NCBI GenBank assembly: GCA_030641525.1
Contig: DAOWHH010000016.1
Location: forward strand, 1,073 to 65,072
Length of the DNA stretch: 64,000 nucleotides
Source: a bacterium
GTDB lineage: Bacteria; Patescibacteriota; Minisyncoccia; Phycocordibacterales; UBA12079
Reading direction: 5' to 3'
A model generated the notes under the pieces. It was not told where the DNA came from and did no database searches. It worked only from the letters and a program-made list of their open reading frames with translations. Below, piece after piece: positions 20,093-29,051 of the stretch; positions within the stretch are counted from its first letter, which is position 1; each line of letters starts with the position of its first letter. The translations under genes were made by a program, and so were the position numbers.

Positions 20093-20557
20093 TTACTCAA
20101 TTATAGTTGGTCTTCGATGAACTTTACCTTTACCATCTTCATCTGGTATCCATTGTCCTGCATAATCTGCTCCTGTCTCAGCACAAGTTGTTCTACCACA
20201 ACCTACAACAGCCATTCTCTCTTTGTCATAAATAACGGCATTTTCAGGCAATTCAAACTCATCTTTGTTTCTCGGAGAATAAAGAGTAATTGAGCTTCCG
20301 ATAAAAATCGGTTTTTTACACCAAGCACAGAGAATCGCCATTTTACCAATACACTCAAGACAATACTCAACTGAACCGTCTTTATTCACTAGCATTTTCA
20401 TTGTGATTGTTTCTCCAAAAGCTGAAATTTTTCCTTTGATTCTAGTCTTATGTCCACATTTAGCTATGAAATTCTTTTTGCGGATTGAATAAATAGCCCA
20501 CATTAAACACAAAAGTCCTAATATAGGAAATGCAATCCATATAGCTTGATTTTCCAT
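20093..20557 (-). CDS. Membrane protein with cysteine-rich zinc-ribbon-like motifs
   Basis: N-terminal TM segment. Cysteine pairs CGHK, CLEC, CAWC and CGRTTC. Confidence 0.35.
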   Translation of the reverse strand: MENQAIWIAFPILGLLCLMWAIYSIRKKNFIAKCGHKTRIKGKISAFGETITMKMLVNKDGSVEYCLECIGKMAILCAWCKKPIFIGSSITLYSPRNKDEFELPENAVIYDKERMAVVGCGRTTCAETGADYAGQWIPDEDGKGKVHRRPTIIE

Positions 20558-20801
20558 TCTGTACTCCTTTCGTTTGTTATATAAGGTACTTCTATTAAGA
20601 GGTCTTAATAATAAAACAAAATAACCATAAAATCAAGAAAAAGATTTTATGGTTATTTTAAATTTTATATATAATTTAATTTACTTCTCCCAAACTATGT
20701 TCTCTACCAGTTTTTCCATCAGTTATCATTCTATCAAAATTGGGGTAGATTTTGATAGAATATAGGATATTTATGTAAAATATACCTCAATTTTGATAGA
20801 A

Positions 20802-21188
20802 TTAGATGTTCAAAGTGTAATAAACACCTTTGCCTGATTCTCCTATTTGAGTGATTTTTTCTTCATCCTCCAATTCATTTAAATATTTTCTAGCTGTTGC
20901 ACCTGACACATCAAGTAATTCTTCAACATCATTACAAGTAATCCCTTTTTTAGTATTATCTAAATTACAAGTTTTTAATTCTTCTTGGTGAATAGCTTCG
21001 CTATTCATTAGATTCAAAATCTTTTCTTTTCGATTTTCCATTCTTTCATCCAAAGATTTTTTAGCTTCAACTCGCATATCACTTAATTCAACCTCTGATT
21101 TTGGGGTAAAGGTTTTTTGTCTTTTAACACTTTTTCTTCCGATGAAGAAACTTATTATGGCGATGGTTATTAAGATTAGATAGTTCAT
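20802..21188 (-). CDS. Membrane-anchored winged-HTH protein
   Basis: N-terminal TM segment. C-terminal region CNDVEELLDVSGATARKYLNELEDEEKITQIG resembles a wHTH domain. Confidence 0.35.
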   Translation of the reverse strand: MNYLILITIAIISFFIGRKSVKRQKTFTPKSEVELSDMRVEAKKSLDERMENRKEKILNLMNSEAIHQEELKTCNLDNTKKGITCNDVEELLDVSGATARKYLNELEDEEKITQIGESGKGVYYTLNI

Positions 21189-21267
21189 GAGGTTATTATA
21201 CTATTTTTTGGGATAAAAAAATCGATTAAACATACATATGTTTAACTGATTATAGAAACAAATGAAA

Positions 21268-21681
21268 TTATTTATTTTCGTTCACTATAACTCTTACTAT
21301 AGATTCTTCATAATCATTTATCACGACTATTGCTCCAAAATCATATTTTAAATTAGATTGAAACCAAAAACTTTTAATTTTATCTAACTCTTGTTCAACA
21401 TCTTGTCTTTTTCTTTTTACTTCAACAATAAGAAAATTATGATCATGATTACCTCTCTTATGCACAACAATATCAGGTCTTTTATTTTCTAAATTTGGTT
21501 TTGATATATCAACATCACAACTATAGTCATGAAAAACTTTTTGGATTTCACTTGAATAATGATGTGTAATATTCCATTCGGTCTGGTTTGTAGCAGATGT
21601 AAATTCAAAAAAATCTTTTTGACTTTCCAAAAGATTTTTTACTGCTTTTTTTAATATTTCTTCAATTTTAATTTTATCCAC
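21268..21681 (-). CDS. Small PD-(D/E)xK-like protein; fourth gene of the type III R-M operon
   Basis: 137 aa with RPDIVVHKRGNHDHNFLIVEVKRK (a PD ... E-x-K arrangement). Clear paralogue of 54917-55408. Starts 10 bp after the res stop. Confidence 0.5.
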   Translation of the reverse strand: MDKIKIEEILKKAVKNLLESQKDFFEFTSATNQTEWNITHHYSSEIQKVFHDYSCDVDISKPNLENKRPDIVVHKRGNHDHNFLIVEVKRKRQDVEQELDKIKSFWFQSNLKYDFGAIVVINDYEESIVRVIVNENK

Positions 21682-21691
21682 CTTTTTTGTT

Positions 21692-24448
21692 TTAAGAAAT
21701 CAAATATTTCTGAATCTTAGTCAATATATTATCCACCGTCAATTTATTCTTTGGTGAACAACCAACAATATGATCAACATACTTTTTATTTTTTAGTTCT
21801 GTTAGTAAATTAGCACTTACATTTCCTTTCCCAGAATGATGATGAATTTGAGCAGTAATAATAACACTATATTTACTTTGTCCACTTTTCAATTTTCCCA
21901 TAATGCCGCTATTTTTAAGTTTTATATTATTGAAAAAATCAATATCCCATTCAGTCGCATTAATTCCAAATTTTGAAAAGTAGTTATTTAATTCTTGTTT
22001 AATTGTGTTTTCATCAACAACCTCACCTAAAACACAAATATTGAATGGTTTTTGTATTTTTAATTCTCTTTGTTGTGTTTGGGTTGTGTTATCCTGATAT
22101 TGTAAAACTGCTTCAAGATTGCTTTTTGCATCTCCTAATTGCATTGTCAAAAGTTCATTTTTCTCTTTTTCATTTTCGAGATCTTTTAATGCTTTTTCCC
22201 ATTCTTTGCCAATTTCTTCTAAAAATTTTTCATCACCAACTACTTTTTTACTCTGTGCAACTTTTCTCAATCCTTTTTCATAAATTGAGGAAAAGCTACC
22301 TAAATCTTGCTCCTTTAGACTTTTGAAAAAATTTAAATAATCTATTGGTGAAATTATCCAAAAATGTAATTTTTCTTTCCCCTTATATTTTTTTAAATAA
22401 GATTTTCCAGCATTAAGTTTAAGAATATTTTCATTTTTGAAATCTTTATCATCTTTAATTTCAACTACTAAAATATCTTTTTTTGTTTTTATAACAAAAT
22501 CAGGGTAAAAACCATAAAAGTGGTTATCTTCCTTTTTGTAAGAAATCCCGAAATACTTACTTTCTCGCTCACCATTTTTCCACCACCACAAAATATCATC
22601 ATCTGTCTTTTCTAATTCATTAATAAATATTTCTTCCGGTTTAGATTGTATTAATTTTCCGTTTTTATTTTTCTTGATTGAATATGGTTTCAGAATTGAT
22701 TTTTTAACATCTGTTATAGTTTGATAGTTATCAAATACACTTAAAAACTCAGGTACTTGCCAATTTTTATTTTTATTTACAATATCAATTTTTTCTGGAA
22801 GTTGCTTATATTCTTCCTTAGCAAGTTCAATTAATTGTTCAATTTCACTTCTATTTTTTGGATTAAGGACTATGTTAGCAATTATGTCTTCATCATCAAT
22901 TTTTAACCTCCTTTTGAAAAGTGAGCGTACGCTACTTTTTAAAATTTCTGTTGAACGAGTGGGAGCAAATGGAGAAGTTTTAGATCGTAAAAATTTTGTG
23001 TATTCAGCACAAATTTCTTCTCTATCTTTCAAAATATCTGTTGTTTCATCAAAATTAACTGTTTGTACGATGTCAATATCTACAATTTCTCCATCCACAC
23101 CGATTTTCTTTTGAAGAGGAACAATATTAGCATTGATAGCTTTCTTTAGATTTTTATCTTCAGCAACTTTCAACAAACATTTTCTAAATTCGCCCGAAAG
23201 TCTTGTTTTCTCTCTTTTTCTGCGAATATGTTCACTTGGTAAATAAATATTTCCATAAACAGTATTATCTCGTTGCATTATTTCCTTACTTACATAATCT
23301 TTTGCTAAATCTTCTACTATACTAAAATTGTCAGAAGCAGTGTAAACATAACCAATATTTAAATCTGGATTATTCTCATAGTACTTATGTTCTGGCATTC
23401 GCATAATTCGTCCAAGTGTTTGAACATTGAAAATATAGTTATCTACATTCCATTCTCTCTGTAAGAGTAAAATACTTGCTCGAGGACAATCCCAGCCCAA
23501 AGCTATAGCTTCTTTGAAAACTAAAACATTGACATCACTATCATTGTTTTCTAAATAATCTAGATTCTTTTTTTTATCTTTTTCCGAGAGCCAAATGGCT
23601 AATTTTTTGTTTTGTGTTGTAATTCCTTGTTTACTCAATACTTCTAAAATCCTATCTTCAGGATCTCTCACATCTCCAGGACTTTTTCTCGGAATTTGAA
23701 TAAGTAAAAGTGGATTTACTTTCGAGCCAATTTCTTCATATTGTTTCTTGAGTTGTTTTTGTCTGCGAAGTGCAGCTTCAACAACATCTTTATTCGTTTC
23801 TGCTTTTTTCAAACCAAGATTTATCTGAATTCCTGACTTAATCATTTCTTCAACAATTACATCTGATCGCTTTACAGATATTTTATGATTACTTGCCATT
23901 TCTTTCGGTGTTGCCGAAACTTCAATTGTTAAATTTGGAGAAATAATATTAATAATCTCTTTTGATTTACTCGTCTTAGCATTCCTATGGCTTTCGTCAA
24001 TAATTAAAACAATTTTTCGATCTTCTTCTTTTGTATTATCAATTATTTTGCTCAAATTCCAATCCCTCTCATTATCAAGCATAAAAACATTTCCTTTTTT
24101 GTTAAGACTTTCCCAATTAACAAAGAGAATTTGATTTTCTTCAATTTCATTGTTTTGAATTTCGTTTACTGAAATACATTCAAGTAATCTTTCGTTTTCA
24201 AAATATCCTTCTAATTTTTCTTTACTTTGTTTGTGCAGATAATTTACAGAAATCCAAACAAAAGATAATTCTTTCTTTCCTTGAGCTTTTTTTGTAATCT
24301 GCGACAAACTTTCAGCAAGCATAATTGTTTTTCCTGCTCCTGTCGGAGCCTGAAAAACAATTACACCGTTATCTTCCTCTTCTAATAATTCTGTGGAGTA
24401 ATCAACTAGTTTTTTTACCGCCTTATTTTGATAGTTTAATTCTTTCAT
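21692..24448 (-). CDS. res: Type III restriction enzyme Res subunit (SF2 helicase plus nuclease)
   Basis: 918 aa. Motif I FQAPTGAGKT, motif II IIDESHR, and a PDFVIKTKKDILVVEIK PD-(D/E)xK block, plus an extra roughly 200-aa C-terminal region. Its start overlaps the mod stop by 4 bp. Confidence 0.85.
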   Translation of the reverse strand: MKELNYQNKAVKKLVDYSTELLEEEDNGVIVFQAPTGAGKTIMLAESLSQITKKAQGKKELSFVWISVNYLHKQSKEKLEGYFENERLLECISVNEIQNNEIEENQILFVNWESLNKKGNVFMLDNERDWNLSKIIDNTKEEDRKIVLIIDESHRNAKTSKSKEIINIISPNLTIEVSATPKEMASNHKISVKRSDVIVEEMIKSGIQINLGLKKAETNKDVVEAALRRQKQLKKQYEEIGSKVNPLLLIQIPRKSPGDVRDPEDRILEVLSKQGITTQNKKLAIWLSEKDKKKNLDYLENNDSDVNVLVFKEAIALGWDCPRASILLLQREWNVDNYIFNVQTLGRIMRMPEHKYYENNPDLNIGYVYTASDNFSIVEDLAKDYVSKEIMQRDNTVYGNIYLPSEHIRRKREKTRLSGEFRKCLLKVAEDKNLKKAINANIVPLQKKIGVDGEIVDIDIVQTVNFDETTDILKDREEICAEYTKFLRSKTSPFAPTRSTEILKSSVRSLFKRRLKIDDEDIIANIVLNPKNRSEIEQLIELAKEEYKQLPEKIDIVNKNKNWQVPEFLSVFDNYQTITDVKKSILKPYSIKKNKNGKLIQSKPEEIFINELEKTDDDILWWWKNGERESKYFGISYKKEDNHFYGFYPDFVIKTKKDILVVEIKDDKDFKNENILKLNAGKSYLKKYKGKEKLHFWIISPIDYLNFFKSLKEQDLGSFSSIYEKGLRKVAQSKKVVGDEKFLEEIGKEWEKALKDLENEKEKNELLTMQLGDAKSNLEAVLQYQDNTTQTQQRELKIQKPFNICVLGEVVDENTIKQELNNYFSKFGINATEWDIDFFNNIKLKNSGIMGKLKSGQSKYSVIITAQIHHHSGKGNVSANLLTELKNKKYVDHIVGCSPKNKLTVDNILTKIQKYLIS

Positions 24449-26229
24449 GATTGTTTTAATTTATGAATGTTTTTATAAATTTTTCGGTATACATTCAAAA
24501 TTACTTCTGGAATTGGTTTTATTTCCACGATACTTGATATGTCGTCAAAATCTTCTTTATTGAAAGTGTGATCATAACTGAATACATAAACTGTAAGTGG
24601 TTTCTTTAATTTTTTAACCACCTTGATAAAATTATCAATTGCATCTTCATCATAAATAATACCTGTCATTTTTTCTGAATTCTCAAAAATTACAAAAAAA
24701 TCTTTTTTCTCTAACACTTTATCAAAAGTATCTTCAGTTAAACAGAGCATTTCGGTACTTTTACTTACTAATTTCCTTTTATCATTATCTGTTCTTATTT
24801 GATTAACAAAAGCAGTTTCATAGTAGCGTAGACTTCCACCCAAACCATCAATTTTCTTCATTTTAGAATTTTTATAACCATTGATAATTTTTTCTATTCG
24901 TGGATATGTAACTCTCTGACATATACCAATTTGATCTTTATTAAGTTTTGGGTTTTCCTTTACTAATTTACTACCAACACCGTTTAATTCGTTGTTAGTA
25001 CATAAAATAAATTTTCTATTTCCTTTGTCTTCACTATTCAAAAGTAGGGTAGCGACTCCAGTCGTTCCACTTCCAGCCATAAAATCTAAAATAATTGAAT
25101 TTTTATCACTTGTCAAATAAAGAATATCTTTTATAAGTTCCAGTGGTTTAGGGTTGTCAAACACCTTGTCTCCAAACATATCTTTTAATTGAGCTGTTCC
25201 ATTTCCGCTACTGTATTCTGGCTTATAAAATAAAGTTTTTGGTTTTTTTGTGGGTAAATCCCTAAGTTGTGGTCGTTGTTTTTTGTATAAACTATATTCA
25301 CCATTTAGTGAAACAATTATATTGTGATTTTCTTCATTTAATTTCTTTTTACTCCATCTCCACGACATTTCTTTTTTTTCTGTAATTGGCAAAATAATTT
25401 TATCCTTTTTATTCAAAGGTTTATCATTTATTGTTGTATAAAAACTTCCGTTAGATTTAAAAAATATTGGATAAAAAAGATTTGGTCTTTTTTCTCTTGG
25501 TGCATTTGTACCGGTTGCTTTTAAGTTTGCCCCTTTTTTATAATAGCCGTATTCATCTTCATCCCATTCTTCCATTATTTTTTCTTCATCAACATCAAAC
25601 TCATTTATATTCGCCAAAGATTTATTTTTAGCATAAATAAGAGTATATTCGTGAGTCCCTGCAAATCCAAATTGATCATTATTACCTTTTAGGTTCATTA
25701 CTGTTGGAAGCATGGCAATAAAATTATTTTCACCAAAAAAGTTTGGATCATCCATTAATACTCTTAGTTGCCCAATTTCATTATCATCAATACTGATAAC
25801 AATAATTCCAGTATCTTTGAGTAAATATTTTGCTAGTTTTAATCTTTTAGCAATAAAAGATAACCATTTTGAATGACGAAATCTATTTTCTTTATCGATA
25901 TAGTCATCATTATATACAAAGTCCTTATTTCCAGTATTATATGGCGGATCAATATAAATCACATCTACTTTCTTTTTGTGTGTATAACACAAAGTTGAAA
26001 GAGCATGATAATTATCACCTTTAATTAAAATATGTTTTAAATCATCTTTATTATTTTCAATTCTTTTCTTTTTTATTTCACTTAAAATAGGTAAAAAATC
26101 TTTACATTTATCTGCGACATTCTCATCTTTATCCTCCCAAACAAGACCAAATTTCTTTCTTTGTAAAAGAGCCTTAATCTCATGGACAAGTTTGTCTTTT
26201 GACCATTTGTGATAATCTTTTTTCACCAT
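24445..26229 (-). CDS. mod: Type III N6-adenine DNA methyltransferase Mod subunit
   Basis: 594 aa with the DPPY motif (IYIDPPYNTG) and an AdoMet motif (FMAGSGTTG). Confidence 0.85.
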   Translation of the reverse strand: MVKKDYHKWSKDKLVHEIKALLQRKKFGLVWEDKDENVADKCKDFLPILSEIKKKRIENNKDDLKHILIKGDNYHALSTLCYTHKKKVDVIYIDPPYNTGNKDFVYNDDYIDKENRFRHSKWLSFIAKRLKLAKYLLKDTGIIVISIDDNEIGQLRVLMDDPNFFGENNFIAMLPTVMNLKGNNDQFGFAGTHEYTLIYAKNKSLANINEFDVDEEKIMEEWDEDEYGYYKKGANLKATGTNAPREKRPNLFYPIFFKSNGSFYTTINDKPLNKKDKIILPITEKKEMSWRWSKKKLNEENHNIIVSLNGEYSLYKKQRPQLRDLPTKKPKTLFYKPEYSSGNGTAQLKDMFGDKVFDNPKPLELIKDILYLTSDKNSIILDFMAGSGTTGVATLLLNSEDKGNRKFILCTNNELNGVGSKLVKENPKLNKDQIGICQRVTYPRIEKIINGYKNSKMKKIDGLGGSLRYYETAFVNQIRTDNDKRKLVSKSTEMLCLTEDTFDKVLEKKDFFVIFENSEKMTGIIYDEDAIDNFIKVVKKLKKPLTVYVFSYDHTFNKEDFDDISSIVEIKPIPEVILNVYRKIYKNIHKLKQS

Positions 26230-26231
26230 AA

Positions 26232-26441
26232 CTATTTAATCAAATTATCAATTTTAATTTCTAAACCTTTTGCTATTTTTTCCACAGTTTGAATTGAAGG
26301 TTTAGTAATAACATTAGATTCTAATTTCGTGAGAGTTGTATAGGGAACATTTGATTTTCGGGCGAGTGTATCTTGAGTTATACCAAGTTTTGCTCTTCGA
26401 GCCTTTATTTTATCCCCGATAGTTATTTTTTTACTTTCCAT
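26232..26441 (-). CDS. XRE-family HTH regulator (possible controller protein of the R-M operon)
   Basis: 69 aa with the HTH LGITQDTLARKSNVPYTTLTKLE. It is the first gene of the operon. Confidence 0.7.
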   Translation of the reverse strand: MESKKITIGDKIKARRAKLGITQDTLARKSNVPYTTLTKLESNVITKPSIQTVEKIAKGLEIKIDNLIK

Positions 26442-26443
26442 AG

Positions 26444-26455
26444 TATGATATCATA
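26444..26455 (-). promoter_or_regulatory. Perfect 12-bp palindrome TATGATATCATA abutting the HTH start codon
   Basis: It sits 3 nt upstream of the regulator's ATG, making it a candidate auto-operator. Confidence 0.35.
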
Positions 26456-26713
26456 AATATACTAGTTGGGTAATTCCCTAAATATTAATATCATTATAGC
26501 ACATTAAAAAATTCCACCAACAACCCACCAAATCAACCTGCAGTAAGCAGTCAGTATCTCCAAGCATTCAATACTGGCTATTTGTAGAAACCACCCTCAA
26601 AAAATTTCTTTTCCTTTTCTCTAAAAAAAATTTGGGGGGCGAAAAAAAAGGAAAAAATGCAAAGAAAGTTTTTTGAGGTGGTCAAAGGAACACTTCGTAT
26701 GCATAATCTATGT

Positions 26714-26789
26714 GGTCACAAATCACTAAATATTTTTTTCGTCCTTTGGACTCAAAAATATCTAAGTGTTTGCCGACCCCGGCTCACGG
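26714..26789 (+). repeat. Family-B element, copy 1 (GGTCACAAATCACTAA...TAAGTGTT...GACCCCG...TCA)
   Basis: A roughly 75-nt element with two small hairpins. Related copies are at 26894-26967 and 53513-53590. Confidence 0.7.
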
Positions 26790-26873
26790 TTTTTACTTCT
26801 TTGTGGGAAGCAAAAACATCGCTCCGCCTTCACAAAACTAAAAAAGTAAAGCAGTTTACTTTTTCTTAACGTT

Positions 26874-26894
26874 TTGTGACCCTACCGGGAATCG
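26874..26894 (-). repeat. Partial copy of the tRNA-Glu 3' end (about 20 nt)
   Basis: TGTGACCCTACCGGGAATCG matches 27061-27080. Confidence 0.75.
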
Positions 26895-26967
26895 GTCACA
26901 AATCACTAATGATTTTGTTCGTGCTTCGCACTCCAAAATCATAAGTGTTCGCGACCCCGTCTCAGAA
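26894..26967 (+). repeat. Family-B element, copy 2
   Basis: GGTCACAAATCACTAATGATTTTGTTCGTGCTTCGCACTCCAAAATCATAAGTGTTCGCGACCCCGTCTCAG. The first hairpin is GTGC-TTC-GCAC here versus GTCC-TTT-GGAC in copy 1, a compensatory change. Confidence 0.7.
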
Positions 26968-27062
26968 AATTTCGAATTTTCTTCCGACTTTCGATTATCT
27001 CCATAAGAGATTCACTAGAATTTAAAAAGAGATAGTTGAAAAACTATCTCTTTTTAAATTTG

Positions 27063-27134
27063 TGACCCTACCGGGAATCGAACCCGGATTGCCGGCTTGA
27101 AAAGCCGATGTCCTAACCATTAGACGATAGGGCC
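27063..27134 (-). tRNA. tRNA-Glu (anticodon UUC)
   Basis: Minus strand reads GGCCCTATCGTCTAATGGTTAGGACATCGGCTTTTCAAGCCGGCAATCCGGGTTCGATTCCCGGTAGGGTCA. Cloverleaf folds, with the anticodon loop TTTTCAA giving anticodon TTC. Confidence 0.85.
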
Positions 27135-27475
27135 ATTATTTATTATTTTAAACTAATTACATTTCTTATATTTTACACGAACATCGGCTTTTACAAAGCC
27201 TTACCCTATTTTCTATCTCACTACCGCTCGATAACGAAAATTTTTTCTTCCAGAAAAATCGGATAAAAAACAAAGAAATTTGTTTTTTATTCCAATAACC
27301 ATTAGACGATAGGGCCATTATTTATTATTTTAAACTAATTACATTTCTTATATTTTACACGAACATCGACTTTTGAAAAGCCGCCTATTTCCTATTTCGC
27401 CCTACTCAATAACGGAAATTTTTTACTTCGTAAAAATCGGATTAAAAGCAAAATGTTTTAGCCATATTACTCCAA
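27115..27475. repeat. Tandem duplication of a roughly 182-bp unit that begins inside the 5' end of tRNA-Glu
   Basis: 27115-27295 and 27297-27475 are about 80% identical. Each starts AACCATTAGACGATAGGGCCATTATTTATTATTTTAAACTAATTAC..., so the second copy holds a 20-nt fragment of the tRNA 5' end. Confidence 0.8.
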
Positions 27476-27530
27476 TATTATACCAATTTTTGTGAAAAAA
27501 GCAAAAAAATGGTAAATTGTTTAATATATT

Positions 27531-27618
27531 GGAGGTGTGGCTGAGTGGTTGAAGGTACCGCTTTCGAAAAGCGGCATGCGGGAAACTGCATCAGAGGTTC
27601 GAATCCTCTCACCTCCGC
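27531..27618 (+). tRNA. tRNA-Ser (anticodon CGA), long variable arm, CCA not encoded
   Basis: GGAGGTGTGGCTGAGTGGTTGAAGGTACCGCTTTCGAAAAGCGGCATGCGGGAAACTGCATCAGAGGTTCGAATCCTCTCACCTCCG. Anticodon loop is TTCGAAA. Confidence 0.85.
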
Positions 27619-27631
27619 AATATAAATTATT

Positions 27632-28843
27632 ATGAAAATATTATCCATAGAAACAAGTTGTGATGAAACTGCTATCAGTATTTTAGAAGCTGAGGGTGAT
27701 TTTTATAATGAAGATAACCCAATTAAATTTAAAATTCTAGCCAATAATTTAATCTCCCAAATTGATATTCACAAGGAATATGGAGGAGTTTTCCCAGCTC
27801 TAGCTAAAAGAGAACATAGTAAAAATCTCATTCCTCTTCTAACAAAAACCCTCAAAGATTCTTCACTTAGTGCTCCAAGGTCTAAGTACAAGGACATAAA
27901 TGATGATATAAGTAAAATATTAGAAAGAGAACCTGAATTACTTAAATTATTTTTGAAATATATCCCTACAATTGAAATCCCTGATATTGATATAATCACA
28001 GTCACCCAAGGCCCAGGATTAGAACCAGCTTTATGGGTAGGAATTAATTTTGCTAAAGCTCTAAGTTTAGTATGGGATAAACCATTAATTCCTGTTAATC
28101 ATATGGAAGGACACCTTCTTGCTTCACTCGCAAGTTCAAAAATAGAAAATATTGAGTTCCCAGCTATCGCATTATTAATTTCAGGAGGACATACTGAATT
28201 AATTTTAATGAAAGATTGGAATAAGTATGAAAAAATAGGACAAACTAGAGACGATGCAGTAGGTGAAGCTTTTGATAAAGTAGCTCGAATGATAGATCTC
28301 CCCTACCCAGGAGGACCTGAAATATCAAAATTAGCTGAAATAGAAAGAATACTTAGTAATCCAACTACTAAGTTTGATATTTCTTTACCAAGACCTATGT
28401 TAAATACTAATGATTTGGACTTTTCTTTTTCGGGACTCAAAACCGCTGTTCTGTATTTAGTCAAAAATTTGAAAAAAGAAATTAATCAAGATTATCTACC
28501 AATAGAGATAAAACAAAAAATAGCTTTGGAATTTGAAAATGCTGTTATTGAAATTTTACTCAAAAAAACCCAAAAAGCACTTCAACAATATAATGCTAAA
28601 ACTCTAATCTTAGGTGGTGGCGTCACAGCCAATAATCAAATACGAAAAGAATTCCAAAAACTTAGTGCTCCAAGGTCTAAGTTAGAGGTTTTGATACCTG
28701 AAAAAGAATTTTCAACTGATAATGCTGTGATGATAGGAATCGCTGGATATTTTAGATATCTAAATCTATCTATAAAAGGAGAAAAACTTTTCGCAACAAA
28801 AATCCTTGAATTCTCAGCCGATGGAAATTTAAGTCTTAATTAA
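27632..28843 (+). CDS. tsaD: tRNA N6-adenosine threonylcarbamoyltransferase TsaD (Kae1/YgjD family)
   Basis: 403 aa with the SIETSCDET N-terminus and ASKH-fold motifs. It carries insertions relative to typical TsaD. Confidence 0.85.
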   Translation: MKILSIETSCDETAISILEAEGDFYNEDNPIKFKILANNLISQIDIHKEYGGVFPALAKREHSKNLIPLLTKTLKDSSLSAPRSKYKDINDDISKILEREPELLKLFLKYIPTIEIPDIDIITVTQGPGLEPALWVGINFAKALSLVWDKPLIPVNHMEGHLLASLASSKIENIEFPAIALLISGGHTELILMKDWNKYEKIGQTRDDAVGEAFDKVARMIDLPYPGGPEISKLAEIERILSNPTTKFDISLPRPMLNTNDLDFSFSGLKTAVLYLVKNLKKEINQDYLPIEIKQKIALEFENAVIEILLKKTQKALQQYNAKTLILGGGVTANNQIRKEFQKLSAPRSKLEVLIPEKEFSTDNAVMIGIAGYFRYLNLSIKGEKLFATKILEFSADGNLSLN

Positions 28844-29051
28844 TCTTAAAAAAATTCTTCGTAATCTAAGCATCGAAGGGTGCTAAGAAAACAACGACCC
28901 CCAGGGAAAACAAACTCACTTAATAAGTGGATTTTTTAATTAAATTTAAAACCTCCGGAGGTTCAACCTCCGGAGATAATTAAATAATTTTATACTACTG
29001 AAAACAAAAAGTAAAATAAATATAATTCGTGCTATAATACGATATATCACT

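Noticed and set aside
26657-26869. ORFs lying in repeat or terminator DNA (621-827, 26657-26869, 53480-53851)
   Set aside because: They span repeat-family copies, tRNA fragments or hairpins and have no RBS and implausible composition. They are treated as non-coding.
27297-27320. Second tRNA-Glu gene
   Set aside because: Only a 20-nt fragment of the tRNA 5' end is present, as part of the 182-bp tandem duplication. No cloverleaf can be completed.
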